DNA of 37,670 nucleotides from an uncultured Candidatus Peribacteria bacterium (GCA_964348685.1 CAYGDM010000002.1:1-37670); one strand, 5' to 3'; shown: positions 16,557 to 25,692, counted from the first letter of the stretch. Notes: generated by a model from the letters alone, not told the origin. Translations and numbers: made by a program.

Positions 16557-16566
16557 CGCGGGATAA

Positions 16567-16995
16567 CTACGCCGCCGAGAGTTCCCCCACCAGCACCTGC
16601 CAACTAGAGACGACAATCGGCCAGTCGGTATCCGGGTCTCGGAGCGGCAACGCGCCGCCAGACGCGCGCGCCCAGTGCAGCACGCAGTCCTCGTAGACGG
16701 TGCGGCGGAGCTGCTTCAACGCAGGCTGAACGGCGAGCGCAAGTTCATCGGCGAGAAACGGTGTGGCCGCGTAGCAAAGAACGTCCACGCGAATGTCGCC
16801 GTACTCCTGAAAACCTTGCCCGATCACATCGAGTCCGCCTGCGCGCTTGACGACAACCGTCGCCTCGGGCATCGAGCTGCGTTCATCCTCTGGAATCTCG
16901 CTACCGAAAACGCGAGTGCCAACGTCATCGGCGACAGTCGTGTCCGCCTTCAAGTGCTCAACGAGCGCGGCGATCGGTGATGGTGATCTGCTCAT
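16567..16995 (-). CDS. Tail terminator / tail completion protein (DUF3168-like)
   Basis: 142 aa, positioned before the major tail gene. ATGA overlap upstream. Confidence 0.5.
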   Translation of the reverse strand: MSRSPSPIAALVEHLKADTTVADDVGTRVFGSEIPEDERSSMPEATVVVKRAGGLDVIGQGFQEYGDIRVDVLCYAATPFLADELALAVQPALKQLRRTVYEDCVLHWARASGGALPLRDPDTDWPIVVSSWQVLVGELSAA

Positions 16996-17321
16996 GTTCC
17001 CAAGTTCTTCCTGATCTGCTCGGCGAGATTCGGATAGTGCTCGTCGGTCTGGGGGCGAAGGAACGAGAATCCCTCAAGTACCTCGACGTAGAGCGCGTAT
17101 TCGATGGAGAACGATCCCCACTGACCAAGCATCCGCGTGCCAACGGTCTCTGCGGGCTTGGAGCGGATCGAGCCTTCGAGGTTGCTAGTTCGGTTGACAA
17201 AGGCGTGTTCGGTCTTGGCCCCGATCACGCACTTACCGAGGATCTGATCGATTGAGAGCGCGGTCGCCTTGCCGACGTTGGAGAAAACCTTGTCGCCTTC
17301 CCAGTGCACTTCGCTCGCCAT
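16992..17321 (-). CDS. HK97 gp10-like head-tail joining protein
   Basis: 109 aa. Position and the YALYVEVLEGFSF motif are reminiscent of the gp10 family. Confidence 0.5.
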   Translation of the reverse strand: MASEVHWEGDKVFSNVGKATALSIDQILGKCVIGAKTEHAFVNRTSNLEGSIRSKPAETVGTRMLGQWGSFSIEYALYVEVLEGFSFLRPQTDEHYPNLAEQIRKNLGT

Positions 17322-17665
17322 CAGACCGCCTCGATCAGTAGCTCCAAGTGGTCGCTGCGTCGTGCGACGGATTCAATGCGCATCGGCCCCGCGTAAAGCT
17401 CTGTGCCCTGCCGGTCGGTCACGCTTGCGATTCGATCAGTCGCCACAACATCAGTCCCGAGCGGCACGATCATGCGGCGGTCATCGACTGTGACGACCTT
17501 CTCGCCGTCGGTGACTTCGCGGCCTGCGGTCTGCCAGATAAAGCACGGCAAGTTGTCGACGTGGCTTCGCCAGTCCGGCGCACCTTTGCCGCCGAACGGA
17601 TCACGATTGGTTTGCATTTGGCGCTCGACGGTCGCCCGTTGGCGCATCCGTTGGCGCGCGCTCAT
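17321..17665 (-). CDS. Head-tail adaptor / head closure protein (Phage_H_T_join-like)
   Basis: 114 aa: RQRATVERQMQTNRDPFGGKGAPDWRSHVDNLPCFIWQ. Confidence 0.55.
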   Translation of the reverse strand: MSARQRMRQRATVERQMQTNRDPFGGKGAPDWRSHVDNLPCFIWQTAGREVTDGEKVVTVDDRRMIVPLGTDVVATDRIASVTDRQGTELYAGPMRIESVARRSDHLELLIEAV

Positions 17666-18195
17666 ACGAGCAGATTCCCCCGGCGCGGCGAGAGGCTTGC
17701 GATCAGCCGCTCGCGCTCACGGGTGTATTCAAGCGATTGTGAAGACGTGTCGCCCACTCGCTTGCTGCCAGTCGCGTCGTACTCGATGGTGAGCAGGCAG
17801 ACTTTGATCGTCACTTCGTCGCGCTGGTCTTGGTCGTCTACGGGCGTGTATGTGACCGTGACCTTCGGTGCCCAGCAATCGGCGCGGTTGGTGCCCGATG
17901 ACAGTCGGATGATCGTGCGCCCGCCATTGTCGATGTCGTAGTCGCCAGAGGCGAGCGTCTGCGTGGTGGTTCCGCGCGGGTAATCAGTGTGCTCGACAAT
18001 CGTCACGGTCAGCGCCGTGTCAATCGGGCGAGCAATGTCCAAGATCCTCGACCCCCCGCGAAGTTCCACCGCGCCAGACGCAATCGTGCCAAAGCGCTGG
18101 GTGATCTCACCCTGCACGTCGTCGATGAGCGCGGTCAGTTCGGTGTCGGTCAGATCGGTTTCTGACCTTTCGCGGAGTCGGTCGAGGATTGCCAT
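17662..18195 (-). CDS. Head-tail connector (gp6-like) protein
   Basis: The N-terminus LTDTELTALIDDVQGEITQRFG is typical of gp6-like connectors. Position fits. Confidence 0.5.
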   Translation of the reverse strand: MAILDRLRERSETDLTDTELTALIDDVQGEITQRFGTIASGAVELRGGSRILDIARPIDTALTVTIVEHTDYPRGTTTQTLASGDYDIDNGGRTIIRLSSGTNRADCWAPKVTVTYTPVDDQDQRDEVTIKVCLLTIEYDATGSKRVGDTSSQSLEYTRERERLIASLSPRRGNLLV

Positions 18196-18198
18196 GAG

Positions 18199-18468
18199 CT
18201 ACTTGGACTTAGACGGGGTGCGCGGCTTCTTCTTGGCCGGGGTGCGCGGCTTGGGCGCAGCCTCGGTCGGCTTCTTTGCCGGTGCCTTGACAATGCCCAG
18301 CTCAAGCGCACGGGTGTACGGGATTTCCGCACCTTCGGCACCAAGCAGGAACGCAGCCTTCGGATCGTCGGCCTCAACCACTGCGCCATCGGCGTCGAGG
18401 TAGAGGCGGCGGTCGAGCTTGACGCGCTTTTGCGGGGTCAGGTCGGGTTCGATGATTTCTAGTCCCAT
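18199..18468 (-). CDS. Hypothetical protein with a Lys/Pro-rich C-terminus
   Basis: 89-aa ORF in the head module. Confidence 0.5.
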   Translation of the reverse strand: MGLEIIEPDLTPQKRVKLDRRLYLDADGAVVEADDPKAAFLLGAEGAEIPYTRALELGIVKAPAKKPTEAAPKPRTPAKKKPRTPSKSK

Positions 18469-18470
18469 GT

Positions 18471-18812
18471 CTACTTCCTAAATGCGCCCATTGTCAAGCC
18501 GGTGATGTTCGAGAACGTCACCGCGATCTTGCCGTCGGCGTTGTTGTAGGTTTCCCGAGGGAACGGGCCGATTTTCTTGTCGCCGGTTGACGCGACCACG
18601 GTGACCGTGAGGTCAGTGACGGCTAGGCCGTCGACCGTGTTCGGCGTTGCGACCGTGACCGTGCAGTCCGATGCGCCCGACTTTTTGATGTGCAGGTAGG
18701 TCTCGCCGTCGTTGGGCACCAGGTACGTGTCCGACGTTGAGAGCGATCCGGTGTAAACCGGGGTGAGTCCCGCGCGAGTGATCTCCTGAACTGTGACTGC
18801 TACGTCTGCCAT
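18471..18812 (-). CDS. Hypothetical beta-rich head-module protein
   Basis: 113 aa with AAGGAG SD. Confidence 0.55.
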   Translation of the reverse strand: MADVAVTVQEITRAGLTPVYTGSLSTSDTYLVPNDGETYLHIKKSGASDCTVTVATPNTVDGLAVTDLTVTVVASTGDKKIGPFPRETYNNADGKIAVTFSNITGLTMGAFRK

Positions 18813-18821
18813 GTGGTCTCC

Positions 18822-19085
18822 TTACGTGATGAGCGTGCGTGTGTCCGCAGGCGTGGCTTGGATTGCTGACGTGGTGATCGCGTTGAGCGCGACACCGGGT
18901 GGCAGCGAGAACGTTGCTTCGCCGGATGTTGCAGCGACGTGGTAGCTAGTTGCCACCACTGCCGCCGCGCCAATCTCGACGTAGATCGCGTTCGGTCCGA
19001 GGTTCTTGAGCTTGACCGTCCGATGCTGGTCGGGGTCAGCCGCAACAACTGCGGTGCTTGTGACGTCGACTGCGACGGCAGCCAT
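18822..19085 (-). CDS. Hypothetical head-module protein
   Basis: 87 aa with a TAATG overlap to the upstream gene. Confidence 0.5.
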   Translation of the reverse strand: MAAVAVDVTSTAVVAADPDQHRTVKLKNLGPNAIYVEIGAAAVVATSYHVAATSGEATFSLPPGVALNAITTSAIQATPADTRTLIT

Positions 19086-19477
19086 TACGCCGACGGCTCC
19101 ACGTAGGTCACGAACACGTCAAACACGCCTGCCGTCAGGGCTGCGGTTCCAACCGTTGCCGTGATGGTGCGCTCTGCCGTGGTGAGGACGGGTGCCGTGT
19201 CCGCGTCGAGGTCGCCGCGTTTTACGCCAGTTGACGACCACGGAGCGCCGCCGTAGGCGTCTGCGGCGTTGAGGTCTGCCGCCGACTCAGCCTTGAGCGC
19301 GACCGTTGCCGATCCGCCCGATGTGAGCGCCGTGCCGACCTTGATCAGCACGTCGGTGATGATCGCGCCGCTCGGGATTTTCTCCCCGCGCAGTGCGATG
19401 TCGCCGACCGCGCCGCCGTCGACAGCGAAGCTGTACTGAGCGTGGGCGATCTGGATTGAAGATCGAATCTTGGGCAT
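19085..19477 (-). CDS. Hypothetical head-module protein (possible decoration or accessory capsid protein)
   Basis: 130-aa Ala/Gly/Thr-rich protein immediately after the major capsid gene. Confidence 0.5.
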   Translation of the reverse strand: MPKIRSSIQIAHAQYSFAVDGGAVGDIALRGEKIPSGAIITDVLIKVGTALTSGGSATVALKAESAADLNAADAYGGAPWSSTGVKRGDLDADTAPVLTTAERTITATVGTAALTAGVFDVFVTYVEPSA

Positions 19478-19500
19478 GTGTTCCTTCTTTCAGTCAGCGT

Positions 19501-19526
19501 GCGGGGCAGCCCGTGAGCCGCCCCGC
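19501..19526 (-). promoter_or_regulatory. GC-rich stem-loop directly after the major capsid gene, with no U-tract
   Basis: GCGGGGCAGC ccgtga GCCGCCCCGC (9 of 10 pairs). Confidence 0.4.
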
Positions 19527-19547
19527 TAGCTAACGAATCGAGTTGGC

Positions 19548-20807
19548 CTAGATCAGGCTGGTCACGGTGCAGAACGCGGCAGGCCGGTAGACCGTGAACG
19601 CGCAGCGCATGTCTGCACGAATGGCCTGCTTGCCCTTGATGAAGAAGTCCGAGTGTGCGTCGGTCACCTTCATCTCGATTCCTGCGCGGATCGCCAACTC
19701 TGAGAAGTTGGCGAAGTCTCCGACCAGCGCCGTGTTCAGCGTGATCGCGTCCGACAGGATCACCGGGATACCCCAGATGCGGGCAGGGCCAGCGTCCGAG
19801 GGCGAACCCCAGATGTACACGCCGTCCGTCGTGCGCAGCAGGCGAACCGGCTGCCAGTTGGTCGGGTGGAAGATGGCGGCACCCGGCGTCGAGCGCCCGG
19901 TGACCAGCACCTTGTCCATCGCCTTGTATACGGCGTCCGGCACGGGGTCCGTACCCCTTGCCTGCGTCTGCGTGCCCGACACGTCGAGGAATCCCGACAG
20001 GTTGGGCGACGTGCCGTCACCGACGAGGATCTGACCGTCGAGGCGCTGTTGCACCATGAACGGCAGGCGGCGGTTGATGTACGAGTTGGCCTGTCCGACA
20101 TCGGCGAGCTGCTCGTCTGTGACCGGAAGCCACACACCGATCTTCTCGACGATCGACGTGCGCTCCGTCAGTGCGAGCGCGGCCTCTCCGTAGGTGCCAC
20201 CTTCGGCGACCTCGGCAGCGTTGTTCGTGAAGGTGGTCTCCTCCATGTACTTGATCGCTGCCTGGTTGGTAGTCGTCTGCGGCACCACGTCGGTCACCTG
20301 CAACGGGCGAGTGGCGTAGTCCACCACGCGGCCGCTGCGAACTGACTCGGGGTCCCAGCCGGCACCGATCTCGAAGAGTGTCTTCTGCATCGCCTTGAGA
20401 TCCATGTCCATCGTGATCGACTTGCCGAACTCGAGCGGGCGTCCGCCGTTGGCATCGAGCATCTGCTGCCCGAGTTCCTTGATCTGTGCGTTGGCCGGTG
20501 CGCCCTTGCCCGGCGTGACGTGGCCGGGGTGTCCCTCGACCTCTGCCAGCGAGTCGGCAGCACGCTGCGCGCGCTTGACCTCGGCGTCGGCTGCCTCGAA
20601 CGGCTCCAACTCCTTGACCAGTCCGTCGATCTCGTCATTGAGCGCCTTGAACTCGGCAACGCGGCCGGTGTCGTCGGTGCTCTTGAAGAACTCGACCTTT
20701 GAGAAGTCGCGGACCAACGGGTCGTCGGTCTTGGACTGCTTGAGGACTTCGTTCAGGGTGTCGCGGCGGTTTGCGAGCTTGCCGCGCAGCTCCTTGACAT
20801 CACTCAT
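19548..20807 (-). CDS. Major capsid protein, HK97 family
   Basis: 419 aa with an N-terminal coiled-coil delta domain and HK97-like core motifs. It follows a prohead protease. AAGGAG SD. Confidence 0.9.
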   Translation of the reverse strand: MSDVKELRGKLANRRDTLNEVLKQSKTDDPLVRDFSKVEFFKSTDDTGRVAEFKALNDEIDGLVKELEPFEAADAEVKRAQRAADSLAEVEGHPGHVTPGKGAPANAQIKELGQQMLDANGGRPLEFGKSITMDMDLKAMQKTLFEIGAGWDPESVRSGRVVDYATRPLQVTDVVPQTTTNQAAIKYMEETTFTNNAAEVAEGGTYGEAALALTERTSIVEKIGVWLPVTDEQLADVGQANSYINRRLPFMVQQRLDGQILVGDGTSPNLSGFLDVSGTQTQARGTDPVPDAVYKAMDKVLVTGRSTPGAAIFHPTNWQPVRLLRTTDGVYIWGSPSDAGPARIWGIPVILSDAITLNTALVGDFANFSELAIRAGIEMKVTDAHSDFFIKGKQAIRADMRCAFTVYRPAAFCTVTSLI

Positions 20808-21529
20808 GTGATTGCTCCTTGTGCGCGGTGGACTTCTGCACGCAGTAGTTCTGCGGACATGTCCACCTGTGTGGTCTCTGACGGCTCGCTCGTCAGGACT
20901 TCGCTGAGCCTTTTGATTTGTGTGTCGAGTTCGGCCAGCGCGTCAACTGACGCCTGTCCGATTGCCTTGCCTTGAGACGCGCGGAGGGTCTTGACCTCTT
21001 CCGCGCGGTCGAGCACTTCGGTAACGTCGGTCACGACCGACTCGATGTGCTCTGCAAACTTCATGTCGCGGCCCTTGACGGCCAGCGTGCGGGTGCCAAT
21101 GCCTGCGCCCAGCAGGACCGGGGAAACCTCGTGGACCTTCACGCGCTTGAGCACCTGCACGTTCTCGCCGTCGTGAACGCCGGGCTCGGCTTCAAGAACG
21201 TCGAAGCCATAGCTGTACTCCTGCAAGTCGCCCAGCCCCTTGATGACCTTGAAGGTCTCCGAACCTGCCTGCGTGTCGAGGAAGAATTCGCCCTCGAACC
21301 ACGCCTTGTCATCGTCTTGGTGGATCGTCGCTTTGCCAACTGGCAGCGCGCCCTCCCATGACTTGTGGTTGTAGGCGCTGATGCGTACCTCTGCGCCGTC
21401 GGCGAACGCGCCGGGCAACGTCACATCGCCGTCGTGGTCCTTGACGTTGAAGGTCGAGAAGACTGCGGTCACAAGACCCTTGTCTGCATCGGTGATTTTC
21501 AGCCCCTTGAGGGCTTTGGTGCGTGACAT
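20804..21529 (-). CDS. Prohead (HK97-family, S78-type) maturation protease
   Basis: GLVTAVFSTFNVKDHDGDVTLPGAF ... VSPVLLGAG, positioned between the portal and capsid genes. Confidence 0.85.
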   Translation of the reverse strand: MSRTKALKGLKITDADKGLVTAVFSTFNVKDHDGDVTLPGAFADGAEVRISAYNHKSWEGALPVGKATIHQDDDKAWFEGEFFLDTQAGSETFKVIKGLGDLQEYSYGFDVLEAEPGVHDGENVQVLKRVKVHEVSPVLLGAGIGTRTLAVKGRDMKFAEHIESVVTDVTEVLDRAEEVKTLRASQGKAIGQASVDALAELDTQIKRLSEVLTSEPSETTQVDMSAELLRAEVHRAQGAIT

Positions 21530-21547
21530 AGCTGCGGCTCCTAACCG

Positions 21548-23653
21548 TCAGAGGGATTCAGCGACTACGGGTGCCCACGAAAGTGAGCAGTTGGGATGCG
21601 TCAGGTCTTCCGCCTCGGCATCCTCAAACGAAAACTCTTTGCCCGCCCGCTCTTCACATTCGGGGTCGTGCTCTTCGCCGATACGCGCGTCGAAACAGAG
21701 CAGCGCGGTGACGTTGGGTGATTCCTTGTACGCCTCGATCGTTGAAGCGTTCTGCGCGTACTTGGATTCGGCGCGAGCGATCAGTTCGGCGCGGTAGGCC
21801 GATCCTGCGTTTGAACCATCCGGCAGGGTCTTCTCTGCCAAGTTCGTGTAGCGGCCGGCAGGTACGTCGCTGCGGATGCGCCGGGCGATCTCTTTGGCAC
21901 CTTGGCCCTCTTCGCGTCCGGTCTCGATGGCGCGCACTATCGAGTCGCGTGCCGCCTCCTCGATGTCCTTCATGCCGAGCTTCGTGCCGCCTTGGGCGAT
22001 GATCTCTTGGGCGACGGGATCGGGGATCATCACCCCGAGGTCCATCACGCGGTTGATCGTGTCGACGGTCTTACCCGCAGTCTCTTCATAGTGCGCGTGG
22101 ATCGGGCGCTTGACCTGCGACTCGTACCAGTCGTTTGTCTTGAGTTGCTCGAGCACCTGATCGGCAATCGGGCCAGATGCGGCCTTGGTCGGGAAGTCGG
22201 CCTCGGTGGTGACGTTCTCGAAGGCGTCTGCCGCCATGTCGCCCAGCGTGTCGAACGCCTTGGCAATCTTCGGCGCGAGCAGTTCGGTCAGCGCGTCGGC
22301 GTCGCGGTCGAGGGCTTCGATGAGCGCGCCTATCGCGATCCGGTTCTTGAACCACTTTGGCAGGTGCGGGTTGTCGAAGCTCTTCCGCTTCGGGGCCGGT
22401 GGCGCGACCGTGCGGTCTTCGCCCTTGGGTACTTCGATTGCCGAGTACGGGCGCAGGTACACCTCGTCTGCGTCGTCGGTCTCTAGACCAAGCTCGCGGC
22501 GCGCTTCGGCAACGGTGCGGATTCCGTCTTTGACCTGCTGCCCTAGACGCTCCGAAAGTTTGTCCTTGTCCTCCTGCAAGACGCGAACGCCTGTGGTGTC
22601 GAAGGCGAAGCGCCAGAGGTAGGGGTCGTCCTCGAACAGCGGCAGCAGTTGGAAGCGGATCTCTTCGGCGATCAGTCCCTGCGTCGGGATGATGCACTCT
22701 TCGTAGGCCGCTTCGCGGGCCTCGCTGAAGTTGGAGAATGTGGAGCGGTCAAGGCCAGCGCCCAGTCCAGCCACAATCGCAGGCACCCCGAGTACGGCGG
22801 TCACGCGCTCTTCGGGAATGCGACGGATGTCTTTGAGGTTCAGTTCCTTGGGCGAGAACCCGTATGGCTGGACCTTTGTGCGACCGTTCGTGACCAGCGG
22901 CTCGCCGCGTTTATCGCCTGTGAAGTTTGCTGTGACGTGGGCCTTTGCCGCCTCGGCCTCTTCATCGTTCATCACGTAGCCGTCGACATCCGGCGAGATC
23001 ACCATGCCAGGCACACCCATGTTCTTCAAGAGCTGCGCCGTGAAGTTGGCTGCCTCGTCATCGGTGAAGATTTCGCGCAGCACGGACTTCAGCGGTGAGC
23101 GGCCCTTGCGAGGGTTGTCCTTGTCGATGCCGTTGCGGAAGTGGATTACGTCTTCGGGTTCGATCTGAATCGCGATGCCGTTGGGCCGGTACTCGTAGTG
23201 CGTGACGAATTCGGTCGTGGTGCCCTTTGGCTCCATCGTTTCGGCGGGTGCCCACCAAAGTTCCCGAGGCGTTTTGAGCATGTCGCGGACGACCAGCAAG
23301 TAGCCGTTGCCGTCGACGAACCAGTCAGTGACAACCGCCTTCCAGTTGAGCGCGCCCGAGTAGTACGGGTTTGGCCGGGCCAAGAGGCGCAGCATCGGAT
23401 GATCGGGCTCCTTCTCTTCCTCGTCGCCCTCCACCTTCCAGAGAGTCGGCACTGCTGCCGGGAAGTTGCGACCAATCCACTCAAGCGGCGCGGCGACGGT
23501 CGAGCTGCCGGTGCCGTCGCCTACCTCGCGCGCGTAATCGAAGCGGCTACCGGGCAGGCGAAAGAAGTTCCATGATCCGCCGCGGCGGAACACCATCTGC
23601 CCGAGGGCTTTCGCCCCGCGTGCAGGCGCAGTGAGGATCTGACGTGCTTTCAA
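21548..23653 (-). CDS. Portal protein (HK97 family) fused to a C-terminal Mu F / SPP1 gp7-like head morphogenesis domain
   Basis: The TTG start follows TAAGGAGAG. The N-terminal ~430 aa are portal-like. The C-terminus carries AELIARAESKYAQNAS ... THPNCSLSWAP, resembling the MuF signature HPNCRC. Confidence 0.85.
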   Translation of the reverse strand: MKARQILTAPARGAKALGQMVFRRGGSWNFFRLPGSRFDYAREVGDGTGSSTVAAPLEWIGRNFPAAVPTLWKVEGDEEEKEPDHPMLRLLARPNPYYSGALNWKAVVTDWFVDGNGYLLVVRDMLKTPRELWWAPAETMEPKGTTTEFVTHYEYRPNGIAIQIEPEDVIHFRNGIDKDNPRKGRSPLKSVLREIFTDDEAANFTAQLLKNMGVPGMVISPDVDGYVMNDEEAEAAKAHVTANFTGDKRGEPLVTNGRTKVQPYGFSPKELNLKDIRRIPEERVTAVLGVPAIVAGLGAGLDRSTFSNFSEAREAAYEECIIPTQGLIAEEIRFQLLPLFEDDPYLWRFAFDTTGVRVLQEDKDKLSERLGQQVKDGIRTVAEARRELGLETDDADEVYLRPYSAIEVPKGEDRTVAPPAPKRKSFDNPHLPKWFKNRIAIGALIEALDRDADALTELLAPKIAKAFDTLGDMAADAFENVTTEADFPTKAASGPIADQVLEQLKTNDWYESQVKRPIHAHYEETAGKTVDTINRVMDLGVMIPDPVAQEIIAQGGTKLGMKDIEEAARDSIVRAIETGREEGQGAKEIARRIRSDVPAGRYTNLAEKTLPDGSNAGSAYRAELIARAESKYAQNASTIEAYKESPNVTALLCFDARIGEEHDPECEERAGKEFSFEDAEAEDLTHPNCSLSWAPVVAESL

Positions 23654-23662
23654 GGTCTCTCC

Positions 23663-24958
23663 TTAGAGGAATCGCCAACTCGACTGCTTGCCGAGCACGA
23701 GGTCTGTGATGGCCCAAACCAGCGCGTCCAAGCGGTCGGGTGACTTCTCTTCGCCGGGGACCCAAGTGCAGCATTGGTCTTCAAGTTCTGGCAGCGAGCC
23801 AACGTGGTGGACGCGGCCCTGCTCGTAGAGCGCGGAGACCGGCTGCGCGCGAATCTCCTTGCCGCGTGATGCGTGGACGGCCTTGTAGGACACGGAGGGG
23901 TCAATCGTGCGCAAGACTTCCTCGACCATCTCGCCGCCGTTGTTGACCTCGGCGACGATGCGGTCCGCGTCGTGGTTCTCGTACGCTCGGATCGCCCGTG
24001 TGCCCCACCCCTTGGGCGCTAGGTGGCAGGTCTTGTCGGCGGTGACGTAGACGTGTCCATCTACCCCGATGCCAGCGACGATGATGCCGGTGTCGTCTGC
24101 CGTCGGGCCAGACGTTGCGGCGGGGTCGATCGCTACTACCACCGTGGTGAGGTCCGGCGCGGTCTCGACGCGGAACGCATCGAAGTGCTTGCGCTTCCAG
24201 AGCGCGCCCGGCGTGTCGTCAAGCAGCTCGCCGTAAAGCTCCTGCCTGCCGAGCCGAGTGCCCTCGTACTTGGCGCGCATCCGGTCGACGAACGCTTGCG
24301 GGTTGTGCGGGTTGTCGAAGAGTGATACGCCGTTGACGAGCTTCACGCCATCGGTCGTGCGAATCTCGCGGTAAGCCTCGATCGAGCGCGGCGTCGTGCT
24401 GGCGATCGAGTGTGGGTGCTCGCCCATGCGCAGTCCGAAGGCCGCTTGATCCCATGCGTCTTTCAGCTGGGGGTTAGCCGCCATCTCTTCCCACCAGTCG
24501 ATGTGGCGGTTACCACCAGCTCGCAGGCGGTCAACGTCGCGCGGCGTGTAGGTGCCGAGTACCAGCGCTTCGGAGCCGTTGGGCCAAATCAGCTTCGCGC
24601 CGCCGGGTGCCGACGACAGGAATCTCACGTCCGGGTCCATCGACTGAATGCCGGACGGCCCTGTGATGCAGGCTTCTACCGCGTCGCCAAAGGTCGGGGC
24701 GATGATGCGGCCACGGTGACCGGGGTTGGCTCGCATGTAGGAGTTGAAGTAACGGCTGCACGCTTCGGTCTTGCCTGCGCCTCGGCCGGCCTCTAGTAGC
24801 CAGAGGTCCCACTTGCCCTCAGGCGGGATTTGATGTGGCTCTAGCTCGGGCCTGCCGACTGCTTCCCACGGTGGGGGATCGAGCAGGTCGGCGGCAAAGG
24901 CGAACGGGTCAGGCTGCTTTGCCCCCCTGTAGAACGGTGAGGTTTCGACGGATGACAC
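23663..24958 (-). CDS. terL: Terminase large subunit
   Basis: Walker A LLEAGRGAGKTEA plus a C-terminal nuclease-like region. The GTG start follows GGAGG by 7 nt. Confidence 0.9.
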   Translation of the reverse strand: MSSVETSPFYRGAKQPDPFAFAADLLDPPPWEAVGRPELEPHQIPPEGKWDLWLLEAGRGAGKTEACSRYFNSYMRANPGHRGRIIAPTFGDAVEACITGPSGIQSMDPDVRFLSSAPGGAKLIWPNGSEALVLGTYTPRDVDRLRAGGNRHIDWWEEMAANPQLKDAWDQAAFGLRMGEHPHSIASTTPRSIEAYREIRTTDGVKLVNGVSLFDNPHNPQAFVDRMRAKYEGTRLGRQELYGELLDDTPGALWKRKHFDAFRVETAPDLTTVVVAIDPAATSGPTADDTGIIVAGIGVDGHVYVTADKTCHLAPKGWGTRAIRAYENHDADRIVAEVNNGGEMVEEVLRTIDPSVSYKAVHASRGKEIRAQPVSALYEQGRVHHVGSLPELEDQCCTWVPGEEKSPDRLDALVWAITDLVLGKQSSWRFL

Positions 24959-25478
24959 CCTGTACCTCCGGGGTTATGGGTATGTCGAGGTCGGAGAGCA
25001 TCCCGCGAATAACCTGCGCCATTAGCTCGCCTTGCTGCTCTGCGATCTGGATGCGACGCTCTTCGATACCGACGGCGATGCAGGTCTTGGCGACATCCTT
25101 GAAGTGCTTACGTTCGCGCTCATACAGATCGAGCCAAACCGCAGGGCGGTCGATGCTGCCGTACTCGCTGAACGCGGACTGCTTGAGTTGGTCGTCAGTC
25201 TCGAATCGCTGGATGAGGTCGGAAAGCCATGCGACGTGTCCAGCCGTGCGGTGCAGCTCTTCGATCAGCGCAGAGTGCGGATCAATCTCGCGTGGGAGTC
25301 CGTACGTCGAGACAGCATCCTTCGCAGCCTCGGCTTCCGCGTGCTTGATCCCGTTCGGCGTGCAGCCCCCGTGGTTCTTGCAGTTGCCATATCCGGGGTG
25401 TGGTGTTCCCCATCCCCTTGGGCGGCCGCACGGATCGCCGTTGCGCTTGGCTGCGCCGCAAATCTGCCTATCGGACAT
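24909..25478 (-). CDS. Putative terminase small subunit
   Basis: It lies immediately upstream of terL and overlaps it by 50 nt. The N-terminal CGAAKRNGDPCGRP...CKNHGG motif is common in actinophage small terminases. Confidence 0.5.
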   Translation of the reverse strand: MSDRQICGAAKRNGDPCGRPRGWGTPHPGYGNCKNHGGCTPNGIKHAEAEAAKDAVSTYGLPREIDPHSALIEELHRTAGHVAWLSDLIQRFETDDQLKQSAFSEYGSIDRPAVWLDLYERERKHFKDVAKTCIAVGIEERRIQIAEQQGELMAQVIRGMLSDLDIPITPEVQGVIRRNLTVLQGGKAA

Positions 25479-25509
25479 GGCGTGGCCCTTCTCTGCGCGT
25501 CTGCATGGC

Positions 25510-25692
25510 CTACCGCCTCTGCAAGTTGAATCGTCGCGGGCTCTGCCGATGGTCTACTCGGGTCAGGCCCATGCCTTTATACGGCGGGATGTTGACCTCG
25601 GCTGGCGTCTCTTCGGCTTCAGCGGGCGGTACCCGAAACCACCCCAACCGCAGAAACCGCGCGCGGCCTAGCCTGCCTGATTGTTCGTTCAT
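25510..25692 (-). CDS. Hypothetical small basic protein
   Basis: 60 aa with an ATGA overlap to the upstream gene. Confidence 0.4.
   Translation of the reverse strand: MNEQSGRLGRARFLRLGWFRVPPAEAEETPAEVNIPPYKGMGLTRVDHRQSPRRFNLQRR

Noticed and set aside
16357-16569. The TAG of gene 16567..16995 is in frame with the next gene, and the 70 intervening codons contain no stop, suggesting a TAG readthrough fusion.
   Set aside because: By my hand count GC3 of that frame is only about 43%, far below coding regions here. An open frame of this length is not rare in GC-rich DNA.
16371-16607. Plus-strand 78-aa Cys/His-rich ORF in the head-tail gap; it looked like a reverse-oriented moron.
   Set aside because: Its codon boundaries coincide exactly with the antisense of the minus-strand small ORF (16353..16556). 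It has no SD or promoter, and its 3' end overlaps the tail-terminator gene. It is most likely a shadow ORF of the minus-strand coding sequence.
24835-25671. 278-aa plus-strand ORF opposite the small terminase gene.
   Set aside because: It is an antisense shadow of terS and the terL 5' end, and its composition is implausible.
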